From positions 41,670 to 105,669 of IMG/VR virus record IMGVR_UViG_3300044620_000592: DNA of 64,000 bases. One strand, written 5' to 3'. The notes under the pieces are model-generated. The model was not told where the DNA came from and ran no database searches. It worked only from the letters and a program-made list of their open reading frames with translations. Shown piece after piece: positions 19,469-29,746 of this stretch. Numbering within the stretch: position 1 is the first letter of the stretch; every line of letters begins with the position of its first letter. The DNA is from a virus. The translations under genes and the position numbers were made by a program.

Positions 19469-19635
19469 TAATCCTCCTTTTTAATTAATACACCAAACAT
19501 ATGAACAACAAAAGCAGCAACAGTTAGCCACAATCCATAAGTTTGAGTTTTACCAGATAATGTAATTAAAACAATTACACCTCCGGATAATGTCCATGCC
19601 AAAGCATGGAGTTCGTTTAAGATTTTTTTAAACAT
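19468..19635 (-). CDS. 55-aa membrane protein (not in ORF track)
   Basis: MFKKILNELHALAWTLSGGVIVLITL...; stop/start overlaps with both neighbours. Confidence 0.65.
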   Translation of the reverse strand: MFKKILNELHALAWTLSGGVIVLITLSGKTQTYGLWLTVAAFVVHMFGVLIKKED

Positions 19636-21140
19636 TATTTTCTCCTTGATCGACTGCTACCTCGATCTCCATTTCCAGAACCACCATCTCCTGATGGTCC
19701 ACCAGCACCTCCACCTGATGGCGCAGAACCGCCTCCAGAGGGCATGGGAGCCGTTGTAATCGTTGTTAACACCGTTGTTACGGCAATCAGGGCTCTTCTT
19801 GCTTTTACATCTATCTCAGAACCTGTAGGAACATAATCATCAAGCCCCTCTCCAAAGATGTCAATTTCTGTTTCAAATTCTTCTTTGATGTCATTTGGGG
19901 CATTCGTCAGGGCTTCAACAAGGGCATTCTCTTGCTCTAACGACAAGTCAGAAACTGTTATCTCAGCAAAAATTTCCCCGGCTTGCTCTGGAGTGATGCT
20001 CTCCAAGACTTTTTCACTTGTCGCAAGTTCACTTGCTTGATCTGAAGACAGTTCAGAGTCAAGAATTTTATCAACAATATTTGCTACTTCTTCTTGCGAT
20101 ACTGAATCTGAATCAATAGCACTTATAACTTCAGTAACCTGCTCATCATTTAGCCTTTCATTTGAATTAAGTATCTCAATAACTTCTTGAACAATAGCTG
20201 CTGTTGGAGCAATTGTTGTTGTCGTAGTTGTAGTAGGTGCTACTGTTGTAGAAACGACTGTGGTTGTTGTAGTTGTTGGAATTGGCACAGTTGTTGGAGC
20301 AATTGTTGGAAATACAAAAACACTTGTAGTTGTAGGCGGTATAGTTGTTGTTGATGAAGTTGTTGTGCTTGTGGTTGTTGTGGTTGATGTTGTACTTGTG
20401 GTTGTCGTAGGGATTGGCAAAGTCAATCCAGATACCTCATTGCTCCAACCCGAATAGACCGGAATAGAGTCGTTATCAGCACGAACTTTAAACTTATATT
20501 CAGTATTTGGTGCAAGATCCTCAACGACTGTAGATGTTTGAATGGATGACGCTGCCCAGCCAGTAAGCCAATTGTCATTTGAGAAAAAAACAGCATATCT
20601 TTCCACCTGTACATTGGATTGTTCTGGGGCATCCCATGATAAATAAACTTTGTTTTGGTTTGTAGATGTGACTATAAGATTCTGTGGACTATTCAAATAT
20701 GGAGCAATAGTGGTTGTAGTTGTACTGCTCGTTGTGGTGCTTGAAGTTGTTGTTGATGGAATTTGAGTTGGTACCGAGTCGGTTTCAATATCGTAGAAAT
20801 TTCCATACCACCTATTAGGGTCTCCACAGCAAACACCTGTGCGTAAACGATAGGTTCCAGATTCTTGCACATTATAAGAAATATAGGAATCTAAACCAAA
20901 ATGGTCATCATTCGCAGCTAACAGCCCGTCATTGCTGTCGTAAAGCCAAAACATGCTGTCAATCCCGTATTGCTGAGCGGTTGCTCGCACGGTGAAGGTT
21001 GTTCCAGATTCAAGTTGGAAATAAAAATCTCCAGCACTTTCAGTTCTAAAAGTCTCGGCTTTGGCGGGGCTTGAAAAGAAGGATAAGATTAATATAGGTG
21101 CTAATAACCATGAGCCTTTTTTAAATCTTAATCTTCTCAC
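19635..21140 (-). CDS. secreted/surface protein with PPC-like and fibronectin type III domains and Thr-rich linkers
   Basis: Signal peptide, LLAANDD motif, LSWDAP...LAPNTEYKFKVRA, poly-Thr tracts. Confidence 0.75.
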   Translation of the reverse strand: MRRLRFKKGSWLLAPILILSFFSSPAKAETFRTESAGDFYFQLESGTTFTVRATAQQYGIDSMFWLYDSNDGLLAANDDHFGLDSYISYNVQESGTYRLRTGVCCGDPNRWYGNFYDIETDSVPTQIPSTTTSSTTTSSTTTTTIAPYLNSPQNLIVTSTNQNKVYLSWDAPEQSNVQVERYAVFFSNDNWLTGWAASSIQTSTVVEDLAPNTEYKFKVRADNDSIPVYSGWSNEVSGLTLPIPTTTTSTTSTTTTTSTTTSSTTTIPPTTTSVFVFPTIAPTTVPIPTTTTTTVVSTTVAPTTTTTTTIAPTAAIVQEVIEILNSNERLNDEQVTEVISAIDSDSVSQEEVANIVDKILDSELSSDQASELATSEKVLESITPEQAGEIFAEITVSDLSLEQENALVEALTNAPNDIKEEFETEIDIFGEGLDDYVPTGSEIDVKARRALIAVTTVLTTITTAPMPSGGGSAPSGGGAGGPSGDGGSGNGDRGSSRSRRK

Positions 21141-21164
21141 ATAACAATAATACTAGATTATTGA

Positions 21165-21497
21165 TTAAGCGGAATACTCAACTCCACTAATGGTAAAAGT
21201 ACATTTATTATTGGCATTTACAACATGAATTTTATATCCAGAGTCTAAAACTGTTGTTGTATCAACAGAAACAGTCTCACTAGCGTTAATTGTAAAAGAT
21301 TTAAAGAGTGCATTATTATTTCCAGGAGTTCCAGAAGGAGTTAAGATGTGCATATCAAATAATACAGAAGCACCTGTCGTATTGCATATAGTAATTGTTT
21401 TTAAGATTGTATAAGAACCTGTGTCTGTTGACACGGTATAAACATTGGATGCTGTATCGTTTCCAATATATAAAGATTTTGGTGTTAAATTAGCCAT
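21165..21497 (-). CDS. virion structural protein
   Basis: Similar to 15474..15833. Confidence 0.6.
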   Translation of the reverse strand: MANLTPKSLYIGNDTASNVYTVSTDTGSYTILKTITICNTTGASVLFDMHILTPSGTPGNNNALFKSFTINASETVSVDTTTVLDSGYKIHVVNANNKCTFTISGVEYSA

Positions 21498-21841
21498 TAG
21501 ACCCCCATCCAGTTAAGTATTTGATTATCATATACAGTTGTATTCATTGATTGAACAGTAGTCGCATCAAGAACATGATCTACTAATTCACCAACTGTAT
21601 GATCTATTGCAGTTGTGCCATCGTAACCTCTGCTTAAAACAGTAAATGTATTAGCACTTCTGCTTGATATTAAAACCTTTTCTTCATATGGGTTTCCACG
21701 ACCTATTGACACAACGAAGCTGTTTAAATCGCCAGATGGAAATGTTGAGCCATCTGTCACAGAGAAAGATGTAGCGGAGTTTGAAATATTCGCACTTAAA
21801 GCCTGTGCAACAACTGCACCAGCAAATTCTCTTCTTTCCAT
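21497..21841 (-). CDS. virion structural protein
   Basis: SRGYDGTTAIDH motif common in phage structural proteins. Confidence 0.6.
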   Translation of the reverse strand: MERREFAGAVVAQALSANISNSATSFSVTDGSTFPSGDLNSFVVSIGRGNPYEEKVLISSRSANTFTVLSRGYDGTTAIDHTVGELVDHVLDATTVQSMNTTVYDNQILNWMGV

Positions 21842-21849
21842 ATTACCTC

Positions 21850-22236
21850 TTAGTCAATTGTGATATCAAGATCGCCAGTTGCAACTCTAAGAGTGTCACC
21901 AGCGTCAAGAACTTTGTTTGCAGTTAATGTTCCGTAAACTAAAAGATTTCCACCTGTGCTGTTGTCCATGATTCCAATTGCAACGATTGTGCATGCTGGC
22001 ATGTCAGGGAAATCAATGTTTGCATTGTTTGATGTAGCACCACCGCTTGAGGCGGTAAAAAGACCTGCAAGGGCTTTTCTTGAATAAGAAGCACCAGTTG
22101 CTTCTGTGCCCGCTGTTGAATCAGTTGGAGCAGTTGTAAACAACGCTAGATGAGTTGTTGGCATTGTATATGATGTAGTTCCAACTACATGATCAAGAAT
22201 TTTGTTTTCAGCATAATCGCTAAGGCTACCTGCCAT
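21850..22236 (-). CDS. virion structural protein
   Basis: LSDYAENKILDH...LALFTTAP pattern of phage tail proteins. Confidence 0.65.
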   Translation of the reverse strand: MAGSLSDYAENKILDHVVGTTSYTMPTTHLALFTTAPTDSTAGTEATGASYSRKALAGLFTASSGGATSNNANIDFPDMPACTIVAIGIMDNSTGGNLLVYGTLTANKVLDAGDTLRVATGDLDITID

Positions 22237-22238
22237 AA

Positions 22239-22562
22239 TTAATCCTCCTTAGAATTAAGATAATCTTCCAATTCTAACTGATCTGGAAGTCTGAAGTTTT
22301 CAAGGGTAAGAAGGAAAGCGGCCTCTGCTTCTGATACTTCTTGAATATTGTTTTGTCTTGTAAAATGAACTTCACCGGAAACATAAGATGCACCGCTCTC
22401 AAATATAACAACAACTTTGCCAGATTCAGTTTTAACTTCTTCAGCCTTTTTTTCGGCTTTGGCTTTTGGAGCAGCAGCTTTTTTGGCTGGTGCTTTCTTT
22501 ACAGTGTTCTTTTCTTCTTTACCAGAAGTAACATCTGTGCTTTTAATAACATTATCACTCAT
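22239..22562 (-). CDS. hypothetical protein with Lys/Ala-rich segment
   Basis: Start reassigned to MSDNV at 22562; downstream of capsid gene. Confidence 0.6.
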   Translation of the reverse strand: MSDNVIKSTDVTSGKEEKNTVKKAPAKKAAAPKAKAEKKAEEVKTESGKVVVIFESGASYVSGEVHFTRQNNIQEVSEAEAAFLLTLENFRLPDQLELEDYLNSKED

Positions 22563-22648
22563 AGGTAATAGATTACCACATATGTTTAAATAATGCGAGA
22601 AGGAGAGGATTTCTCCTCTCCTTCCGCACACATTTTTAGTTATGAATA

Positions 22649-23680
22649 TTAGAGGCTACGAAGCTTAACATTCTTACCGATTACATAAGAATCAGCATTT
22701 TCAATGTTAGATCCAACTCTCATGAATTGTGTATATTCAATCGTGTCGGTCTTTGGCTTGAACTGACGGTAAACGGTAATGTCACGGTGGATACCAATGA
22801 TGCGGTTGTTAGGGAATGTTAATTCAACATGACCATGTGAACCAGCAGCACCAGAGTAATCACCAGATACTGTTTCTGGCATCAAAGGAACTTCAAGCAA
22901 TGGAATACCGAATGGTGCGATACCAGTTGAACCTGGACCGCCATTTGCTCTCATAGCTCCCTGAAGGAATGCCATATCACCAACGGTAGATGCTGGTGAT
23001 GGTGCGCCTGCTGTTGCAGCAGTTGCGGAGTTTGGATTACCCAAGCTATAAATGGTGTCTTGCACAACACCCGAACCGGTGAAGAATCTCAATTCATTTC
23101 TGCGCTGGAGATACTTGGTTGGGAGGTTGCGGAGGATACGGTCGTATGTAGCGCGGGAAACTTGGTTTCCTGCCTCATCTACGGTACGGCCATTTGCCTT
23201 TGCAAGCTTGATAAAGCCATCAAGAGCCTTAATAAGACCATTGTTGGAGGAGGTGTTACCATTGATGAACAAGTCGTCAAGGTCGTTGGCTGTCTGACGA
23301 GCCATAACCTGTGCGATGTGATCTTCAAGAGAAGCACCCTCGATGTTGTCCTCTAAGGACTCTGTTGACACAGCCCAATCAAGACGAAGCTTGACAGTGC
23401 TTAATGAAACCTTGCTGAATGTTACAGCAGCATTGGTGCCATCGTCAGTTGCCTCGGTTGCCTTGGAAAGCAAACGAGTACCAACAGAAACCTTATCGAT
23501 TTCCATTTGTGGTGTACGCATGCGAACGACTCTAGCGTTCTGCATGAGTACGGATTGGTCAATAACGTAATCTAAGAAGCGGTTGGACTGAGCTGGCTTT
23601 AACAAACCACCTGAATCATTGCCAACAACGCCCGTTGTTACTTCATTAGCCTTTGAAAGAATTTCTTCTTGTGATGCCAT
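22649..23680 (-). CDS. major capsid protein (HK97 fold)
   Basis: 343 aa; GGLLKPAQSNRFLD, ESLEDNIEG, DLFINGN; follows protease/scaffold. Confidence 0.9.
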   Translation of the reverse strand: MASQEEILSKANEVTTGVVGNDSGGLLKPAQSNRFLDYVIDQSVLMQNARVVRMRTPQMEIDKVSVGTRLLSKATEATDDGTNAAVTFSKVSLSTVKLRLDWAVSTESLEDNIEGASLEDHIAQVMARQTANDLDDLFINGNTSSNNGLIKALDGFIKLAKANGRTVDEAGNQVSRATYDRILRNLPTKYLQRRNELRFFTGSGVVQDTIYSLGNPNSATAATAGAPSPASTVGDMAFLQGAMRANGGPGSTGIAPFGIPLLEVPLMPETVSGDYSGAAGSHGHVELTFPNNRIIGIHRDITVYRQFKPKTDTIEYTQFMRVGSNIENADSYVIGKNVKLRSL

Positions 23681-23697
23681 ATATTTTTTCCTCCTAC

Positions 23698-25269
23698 TTA
23701 TGACTTATAACCCAGGGCGCTAATAACGCTCTGTGGCAAATACATGTTTCCCCAGATAGAATCTGACTTAGCGAGCTCATCGCCCTCTTCCTCTTCTTCT
23801 TCCGGATCAACGCTTTTCTTGATAGCACCAGCGTCAGCAAACTTGCTGACTTGCTCTTCTGTTTCAGCGAGAGCCTTTTCTGCTGCTTCTAATTTTTCTT
23901 GAAGCTCAATTGTGTTGGCTTCAAAACCCTTTGCAATATTGTCGATCTTTTCGTTAAGCGAAGCCTCAACCTCTTCTTTGATAGAAGTAGCGAAGTTAGC
24001 CAGTTTGTCATCAACAACAGCACTAAGAGCATCTTTAAGGACTTCAATATCCATATTTTCCTCCTGTGTGTTAATAGTAACTTCAACTTGGGTTGAAGCA
24101 TCCTCTTGAACATCTGGGACAAGCCAATTGACCATACGCTTTAAAAGCGATAATCTATTTATTTCTTGTTCATTCATGTTTAAGACCTTATCATAGTTTA
24201 CATCATTCTGCAATGTTTCATCTTGCGTTTTAATGATTTCTACTAGTTCTTCCATTTTATAAGAACTCATTTCTTTTTTCTCCTTTTTCTTTTTTGGTGT
24301 TGTAGGTGTAATAAATTGATTACCCTGTGTTGGATTTTTAATTCCAGAACCCATACCGGAAGAAGTAACTTCTCCTTCCTTTTCCATTTCAGAATCAACA
24401 GACTTCTCTTTTGTGTTCTGATATCTCTCAAGGAGTCTTCTTCCTTTTGCTGCTAATTCCGCAGCGTCTTGAGCATTCTGAGGAACTGGTTCGCCCCATG
24501 CAGCAGCAGAAAGAGCCAATCTTGTTGGCTCTCCATTTGGCTTTTTCATTGGGCCAGATGGGTTTGTAAAAAATCTTGTTAAAAAAGAGCCTTTTCTACG
24601 CATTTTTTCAGGAGTATCTGCTCGCCCCTTTACCCCTGGTTTAAGGTTTGCACCTTCTGTTTCTTTGAAGTGAGCACGACCAGCAGCGGTAAGTCCACCT
24701 TTTGGATCCTTGAGAGGGGCTTTTGCTTTTTCAATATCAAAATCAATTCCTTCAACAACATCAAGGATGTAATCCAAATTTCCATCCGTATCCATTTTGA
24801 TAATGTCAACAGTCGCAAGCGCATTGGCTGGGTTGTCGACTAAACTCAACTCACCTAATGTATATTTTTTAATAACATTAACTGGTCTTCCTCTAAACAT
24901 CTTTTCTGTAGACTCAGCCTTTTCCATAATCTTTCCACCAATAGAAAATGCTTGAAGAGTTCCATCGAGAATTTTTTCCCAAGTATCTTGGGCTCCCTTT
25001 GATATGTAAGCACTTACTTTAATAGCCTTATATCTTTCACCATCTTCAGATTCAATCTCAACTGGTTCATAACTAATAGCCTTGCCTACGGCAATGGGGT
25101 GGTGCATTTCTCGGATATTTCCACCCCAGTTTTTAAATGCCTCAAGAGAAGCATTGAATTCAACAATGTCTCCAGATTTATCAATATTATCAGCAGTTGC
25201 AATACCGCTTACAATTCTTTCCTCTTTTTTGATCATATCAATTGGGAAAGATAAATTAAAGTTTTCCAT
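23698..25269 (-). CDS. prohead protease-scaffold fusion with inserted domain
   Basis: HK97-type protease motifs (REMH, AFSIGG, ELSLVDNPAN), central insert and C-terminal coiled coil. Confidence 0.85.
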   Translation of the reverse strand: MENFNLSFPIDMIKKEERIVSGIATADNIDKSGDIVEFNASLEAFKNWGGNIREMHHPIAVGKAISYEPVEIESEDGERYKAIKVSAYISKGAQDTWEKILDGTLQAFSIGGKIMEKAESTEKMFRGRPVNVIKKYTLGELSLVDNPANALATVDIIKMDTDGNLDYILDVVEGIDFDIEKAKAPLKDPKGGLTAAGRAHFKETEGANLKPGVKGRADTPEKMRRKGSFLTRFFTNPSGPMKKPNGEPTRLALSAAAWGEPVPQNAQDAAELAAKGRRLLERYQNTKEKSVDSEMEKEGEVTSSGMGSGIKNPTQGNQFITPTTPKKKKEKKEMSSYKMEELVEIIKTQDETLQNDVNYDKVLNMNEQEINRLSLLKRMVNWLVPDVQEDASTQVEVTINTQEENMDIEVLKDALSAVVDDKLANFATSIKEEVEASLNEKIDNIAKGFEANTIELQEKLEAAEKALAETEEQVSKFADAGAIKKSVDPEEEEEEGDELAKSDSIWGNMYLPQSVISALGYKS

Positions 25270-25311
25270 AAAGACCTCGTAATCTTAAATTATACACTAT
25301 AAAGCGTATCT

Positions 25312-25578
25312 TTAACCAAAAGCCATTACAGCGATTGTTACGCCAGATGTAATTACTTGAAACTTTGTATAGTCTCCATACAATTCAACATAGCCAGCAT
25401 TGCCTTCGGCAGTTGAGGGAATTAGTACCCTCAATGGTCCACCATTGACTTCGACAACAGCATCTGTTGCATTGCTTGCATTGTAAAATTTAATAGAAGA
25501 TGTATGTCTTCCAACACTTACTTCACCATCGGTGCTTGTAACACTTGTGTCTGAATAGACTAAAGTTTGTTCACTCAT
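25312..25578 (-). CDS. hypothetical virion protein
   Basis: Small beta-rich ORF; start reassigned to MSEQT. Confidence 0.6.
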   Translation of the reverse strand: MSEQTLVYSDTSVTSTDGEVSVGRHTSSIKFYNASNATDAVVEVNGGPLRVLIPSTAEGNAGYVELYGDYTKFQVITSGVTIAVMAFG

Positions 25579-27202
25579 TATTTTCTCCTTCAAATACCTT
25601 AACGGTATCTACATTATCGCCAGAATCTTGATTCTGACCTCTTTCTGCTTGGTCTCCTGAGCCTTGAACACCAGGGGGTGTTGAACCTGCATCAGACCTA
25701 GATTTTGGCGGAAGTGAGGCAGCGTTGTTAGAATTACCTATCGGTGCGCCAGCAGCTTCCTTTTTAACATTTGTTGGGTATGGAAGAACATCATCTCCAC
25801 TCTTGCGCTCTGGCAATCCAACCTTGCCTCTAACCTCGTTAGGTGACATAACCTCTGTTCTGAGATATCTGTCGTAGATTCTTGACTCCATCTCTTCATC
25901 CATAAGGTCAATCTTCTTAAGTTTAAATTGAAGTAAATCAGTAAATTCAGCAACAATTCTATTAATCTTCTTTTCAATTACCGCTTGGTCTGGACCAATA
26001 ACCTGCATCTTAAATGTCTTATCAGCATCTCTTGAAACAGCCAAGTTTGCGTTATCGTAGACACCGACTTTTGGAGCAGGAACTCTGTTTGCAACAAGTA
26101 TTTCATCACGGTTTGATTTGCGGTATTTGTCAAATGAAGCATCCTGAATACCGGCCTCAAGTTTTTCAAACTTAATATCAGTATCTGAACCTACAGATGC
26201 AGGGATTGGAATAATCAATGTTCCATGATTTCGACCCTTAACTTCATTTCTAAAATAGTTAACAAGCTCTTGTTTTGAGCGTTGACTAATCTTTGCACCT
26301 TTTAGAATGATTGCATAACGAGGAATTGCCTTGTTTTCAAAGTAGTCAATATTGTATTCTTTTGCAAACTTATCTCCAACAATCGCAGCAGCAGCTGACA
26401 CTGCCGATGGAATCCCGTAATATGTGTGATTTGGAGAATACATTTTAAAGTGAATAATCTCGTTAGGATTTGGATCCATGTTGATTGGGTCTTCAGTTTC
26501 TGTATCTTGGAAGTTTCTAAAATACACTGCCTGAATCTTATTGCTTCTAGAAATCTGAACATAGCCATCACGATTTCTTCTAACGCGAACCATTGTGCCG
26601 GGTATATGACCTATATAACCAATCTTTCCAGCGTTATTGCGACCAATTTCTAAATAGCCATTGCCAATGGTAAGAACATCTTGCCAAACGCGAACCATAG
26701 TTTCAATAAGGGTTTCTTCAATGTTAAGATTTTCAAATATCTCATCAAGATCTTCTTTTAAATCCTGCATTTGTCTTCTTGTTCTATCGAGTTTTGCTCT
26801 GTCGTCTTGGACTCTTTCAATTTTTCTTTTTGCTTTTAATGTTTCATTAAACTCAAAACCAAGACCAACAGTGTTCATAACTCTTGCGTTAATTGCAGCA
26901 TAGTGAATTGAACTTTGATCATATAGATGAGCAAGATTGTCTAAATCATATGGAGGATTAATAATATCCCAAAGAGAATATCCATTAACAACTAATGGAT
27001 CAACATATTTAGTCTGTGTGCCATCTGTGCCCTCATATTTTTTCTGAAGGCGTGATGCTTTTCTCTTCATTCTTGGAGAAAGAGAATCAATCTTTACATT
27101 TAAGAAGGGGTCTGTAATTTTCTTCTCAACCTCAAAAGAGCTATAAGAAATATCATCAAGCTCCTGTGATTCTTCTTCTTGTACGACTTCCCATTTTTGC
27201 AT
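25571..27202 (-). CDS. portal protein (PBSX-like)
   Basis: NEIIHFK...YYGIP, YFENKAIP, RDEILVANRVP, SPNEVR motifs. Confidence 0.9.
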   Translation of the reverse strand: MQKWEVVQEEESQELDDISYSSFEVEKKITDPFLNVKIDSLSPRMKRKASRLQKKYEGTDGTQTKYVDPLVVNGYSLWDIINPPYDLDNLAHLYDQSSIHYAAINARVMNTVGLGFEFNETLKAKRKIERVQDDRAKLDRTRRQMQDLKEDLDEIFENLNIEETLIETMVRVWQDVLTIGNGYLEIGRNNAGKIGYIGHIPGTMVRVRRNRDGYVQISRSNKIQAVYFRNFQDTETEDPINMDPNPNEIIHFKMYSPNHTYYGIPSAVSAAAAIVGDKFAKEYNIDYFENKAIPRYAIILKGAKISQRSKQELVNYFRNEVKGRNHGTLIIPIPASVGSDTDIKFEKLEAGIQDASFDKYRKSNRDEILVANRVPAPKVGVYDNANLAVSRDADKTFKMQVIGPDQAVIEKKINRIVAEFTDLLQFKLKKIDLMDEEMESRIYDRYLRTEVMSPNEVRGKVGLPERKSGDDVLPYPTNVKKEAAGAPIGNSNNAASLPPKSRSDAGSTPPGVQGSGDQAERGQNQDSGDNVDTVKVFEGENNE

Positions 27203-27540
27203 TAAATAATCCTTTTATGAGCAAAGTGAGCATCAAGATAATCTTCAAATGGGTCTGCGACTAGACCATTTGATAATCTTTCTGCTTGGTCATCTCTTTC
27301 TGATGCAGAAATTTTTCTAGCACCGGCAACCCAACTAGCATGACCGGAATCAGAACCAGTCCAATATCGAGCAGCTTCAGCGACTTTTTTTTCAATTATC
27401 GGATCATTCATCAATCCCTCAGCACAAAGAACACCATCACCGTCTGATAAAGGAAGACCGTCTTCCATAATCCAAACGCATACGCCATATGCTCTTTCGG
27501 GAACCCAAATTTTTTTATCCTTGATAATATCAAAACTCAT
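27202..27540 (-). CDS. hypothetical protein
   Basis: 112 aa, coupled to the portal gene. Confidence 0.65.
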   Translation of the reverse strand: MSFDIIKDKKIWVPERAYGVCVWIMEDGLPLSDGDGVLCAEGLMNDPIIEKKVAEAARYWTGSDSGHASWVAGARKISASERDDQAERLSNGLVADPFEDYLDAHFAHKRII

Positions 27541-27602
27541 ATGTGTACAATTCTACATCACTTTTAATAAATTATCTACACACAGATGACACTTTTGAAT
27601 CA

Positions 27603-29675
27603 TTATTGCGAAATGTTGTCTTTAATAAGTTTAATTTCGCAAGAATCTGTTGTGCAATATGCCTCACCAACTGCGTCAGCAGCCATACCAGCGTAAACAC
27701 CAGCAAAGTCAATTGGGAATAAATCTAATGTTTCTTTAGAATATTCCTCCTCTGTAATTTGAGTATAAGGCATTTGAGGGTATGTAAAGTTTCCAGATGG
27801 AAGGAATGAAACAGTTTTAAGTTGTCCATCATACATATGAAGTACAGTACCTACATATTCTTTTTCAGTTTCTGAGTCAAATGAGATAGTTACTGATACT
27901 GAGTTATCTGACCAATACCTCTGAGCTACAGATGCAATTGCCATTTTTTCAAAAATAGTAACATCTTTCTCTGCTCGCTTAGCGTCAGATTTAATTGGGA
28001 AGAATACAACACTTGTTGTGTCTGGTGATTCAGATGCAGGCTCCACTCTATAATTAGCCATTTTAAACAGCGGAAGCATTGGGTCATCATTGCCAAATCG
28101 AATAGCGCGAAGGAAATACTTACCACCCGGAGTCCAATGGACACCTGGAGATTCACCGGCCAAGATTGAAACCGTGCCAGATGGCTTAACGGTTGTCATC
28201 TTGATTGATTCACGAATGCCAAACCACTCTGAGTACACATTGTCATATCTCTTAACAACCTCATAGCCTTGGTCCATCCATTCACGAAGTACAGGGATTC
28301 CATGAATATCAGCAAAGTTTGCAATACCAGACATTGATGCACCAATACGGCGATTTCTCTGCATGATTGCATTTGTCTTTTCCCAGTGAGTAGGAAGTAG
28401 TGTTACAGTCTTTGCATAGAGATATGCGAATTTCAAAGTGCGCTTATAGTCCTCAAGTGACTCATGACGATTTAAATAAGTCTCAACGAGCGTACAGCAC
28501 TCATACGACTCAAGCGACTGCTCAGCACAGGGGTTATATCCAGCAACACGCCAGTCCTTGTTGTTTGGTGGATCAATAAGACGACCATACTTACGAGACA
28601 TATCCATCCAGATAACACCTGGCTCTCCATTAAGAGCAATGCCATCAACAATGTTTGAAATATCTGCACCGACTGTTGTTTCAATTGAATTGTTACTCAT
28701 CCAACCCCAGCCTGGATTTTCTGGATCATAGGAGTTTCTTTCTGGGTATACTTCTGAGTTTTTAAGATTTAATGTTTCAGGTGTGTTTCGACCAATAAAC
28801 AATTCTGCCGAACGGCGAACATTGCCAGAAACAACACAAACTCCAATGAGATTTCCCAAGTCTGCAATATCAACAGTCGTTAACTTTTCACCAGCACGAC
28901 CTTCAAACTTTTTCTTAATTGCATTGTGCAGTTTGATTAAAGGCTCTGGACCAGAAGCAGTTCCACCGAAAGTTGCAATAGGTGAACCATAAGGGCGAAT
29001 AAGGCTATAGTCAAAGTTGATAGGGCTTTGATCAGGCTTAAGATATGAGTTGATCAAATCCCCAGTTGCTCTTGCCCAACTCTCACGATCATCAGCAATA
29101 ATGTCAAGAATAGGAGTTTTTTTTGGCTCATAGATTGTAAATTCTTTATCAGAGCCTTTATCGTCAAAGCCAACACCAATTCCAAGCATTGATGCTTCCA
29201 TCAAGAATGTAAAAGGCTCTGCCGGATTATCTTTGCTCATTTCAGATGTAGATACAAAAGCACAGTTCTGAAGAGCTGCTGAGTTCTTGTGAACATTGAC
29301 AAGTGGAGTTCCCATAATCCAAAGACCACGACCGGGGGGTGTCCACTTCAAGTTGAAAAGGCGATCAAAGGCCTCTTTTGCACTAGCCTGAGCCTTAACC
29401 CCATTCCAAGGAAGACGATTTTTTTTGCAATGATCTTTTTGCAATGAGTACATTCCATTAATGACTCTTTCGCAAACATCAACCCAAGTCTCTTTTGCTC
29501 CGTCAGCTTTCTTGCGAGAATATGTACGAAGGAAAGTAATCTCTCCAACAGAATTCCCTGCTGCGTCTCTGTAGCCAAAAGGCGCAGTTTTATCATTGTA
29601 CGATGAAACAAAATCATCGCTCAATTTAAATGAAAAAAGAGGCGTTGAAGCCTCTGAAAAATGTGTAGTAACCAT
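27603..29675 (-). CDS. nrdJ: adenosylcobalamin-dependent (class II) ribonucleotide reductase
   Basis: PPGRGLW, GNVRRSA, NPCAE, TVKPSGT and C-terminal CTTDSC motifs. Confidence 0.92.
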   Translation of the reverse strand: MVTTHFSEASTPLFSFKLSDDFVSSYNDKTAPFGYRDAAGNSVGEITFLRTYSRKKADGAKETWVDVCERVINGMYSLQKDHCKKNRLPWNGVKAQASAKEAFDRLFNLKWTPPGRGLWIMGTPLVNVHKNSAALQNCAFVSTSEMSKDNPAEPFTFLMEASMLGIGVGFDDKGSDKEFTIYEPKKTPILDIIADDRESWARATGDLINSYLKPDQSPINFDYSLIRPYGSPIATFGGTASGPEPLIKLHNAIKKKFEGRAGEKLTTVDIADLGNLIGVCVVSGNVRRSAELFIGRNTPETLNLKNSEVYPERNSYDPENPGWGWMSNNSIETTVGADISNIVDGIALNGEPGVIWMDMSRKYGRLIDPPNNKDWRVAGYNPCAEQSLESYECCTLVETYLNRHESLEDYKRTLKFAYLYAKTVTLLPTHWEKTNAIMQRNRRIGASMSGIANFADIHGIPVLREWMDQGYEVVKRYDNVYSEWFGIRESIKMTTVKPSGTVSILAGESPGVHWTPGGKYFLRAIRFGNDDPMLPLFKMANYRVEPASESPDTTSVVFFPIKSDAKRAEKDVTIFEKMAIASVAQRYWSDNSVSVTISFDSETEKEYVGTVLHMYDGQLKTVSFLPSGNFTYPQMPYTQITEEEYSKETLDLFPIDFAGVYAGMAADAVGEAYCTTDSCEIKLIKDNISQ

Positions 29676-29746
29676 GTCAACTCCTAAATATATGTAAAGA
29701 CAATACTACCAAAAGAAGTTCATGCTCGCACTAGATAATGCTTGGG

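Noticed and set aside
20200-20410. GTT/GTG microsatellite-like tract
   Set aside because: Encodes the poly-Thr linker of 19635..21140
29676-29746. Cobalamin riboswitch upstream of nrdJ
   Set aside because: Intergenic space is about 70 bp, with no B12 box
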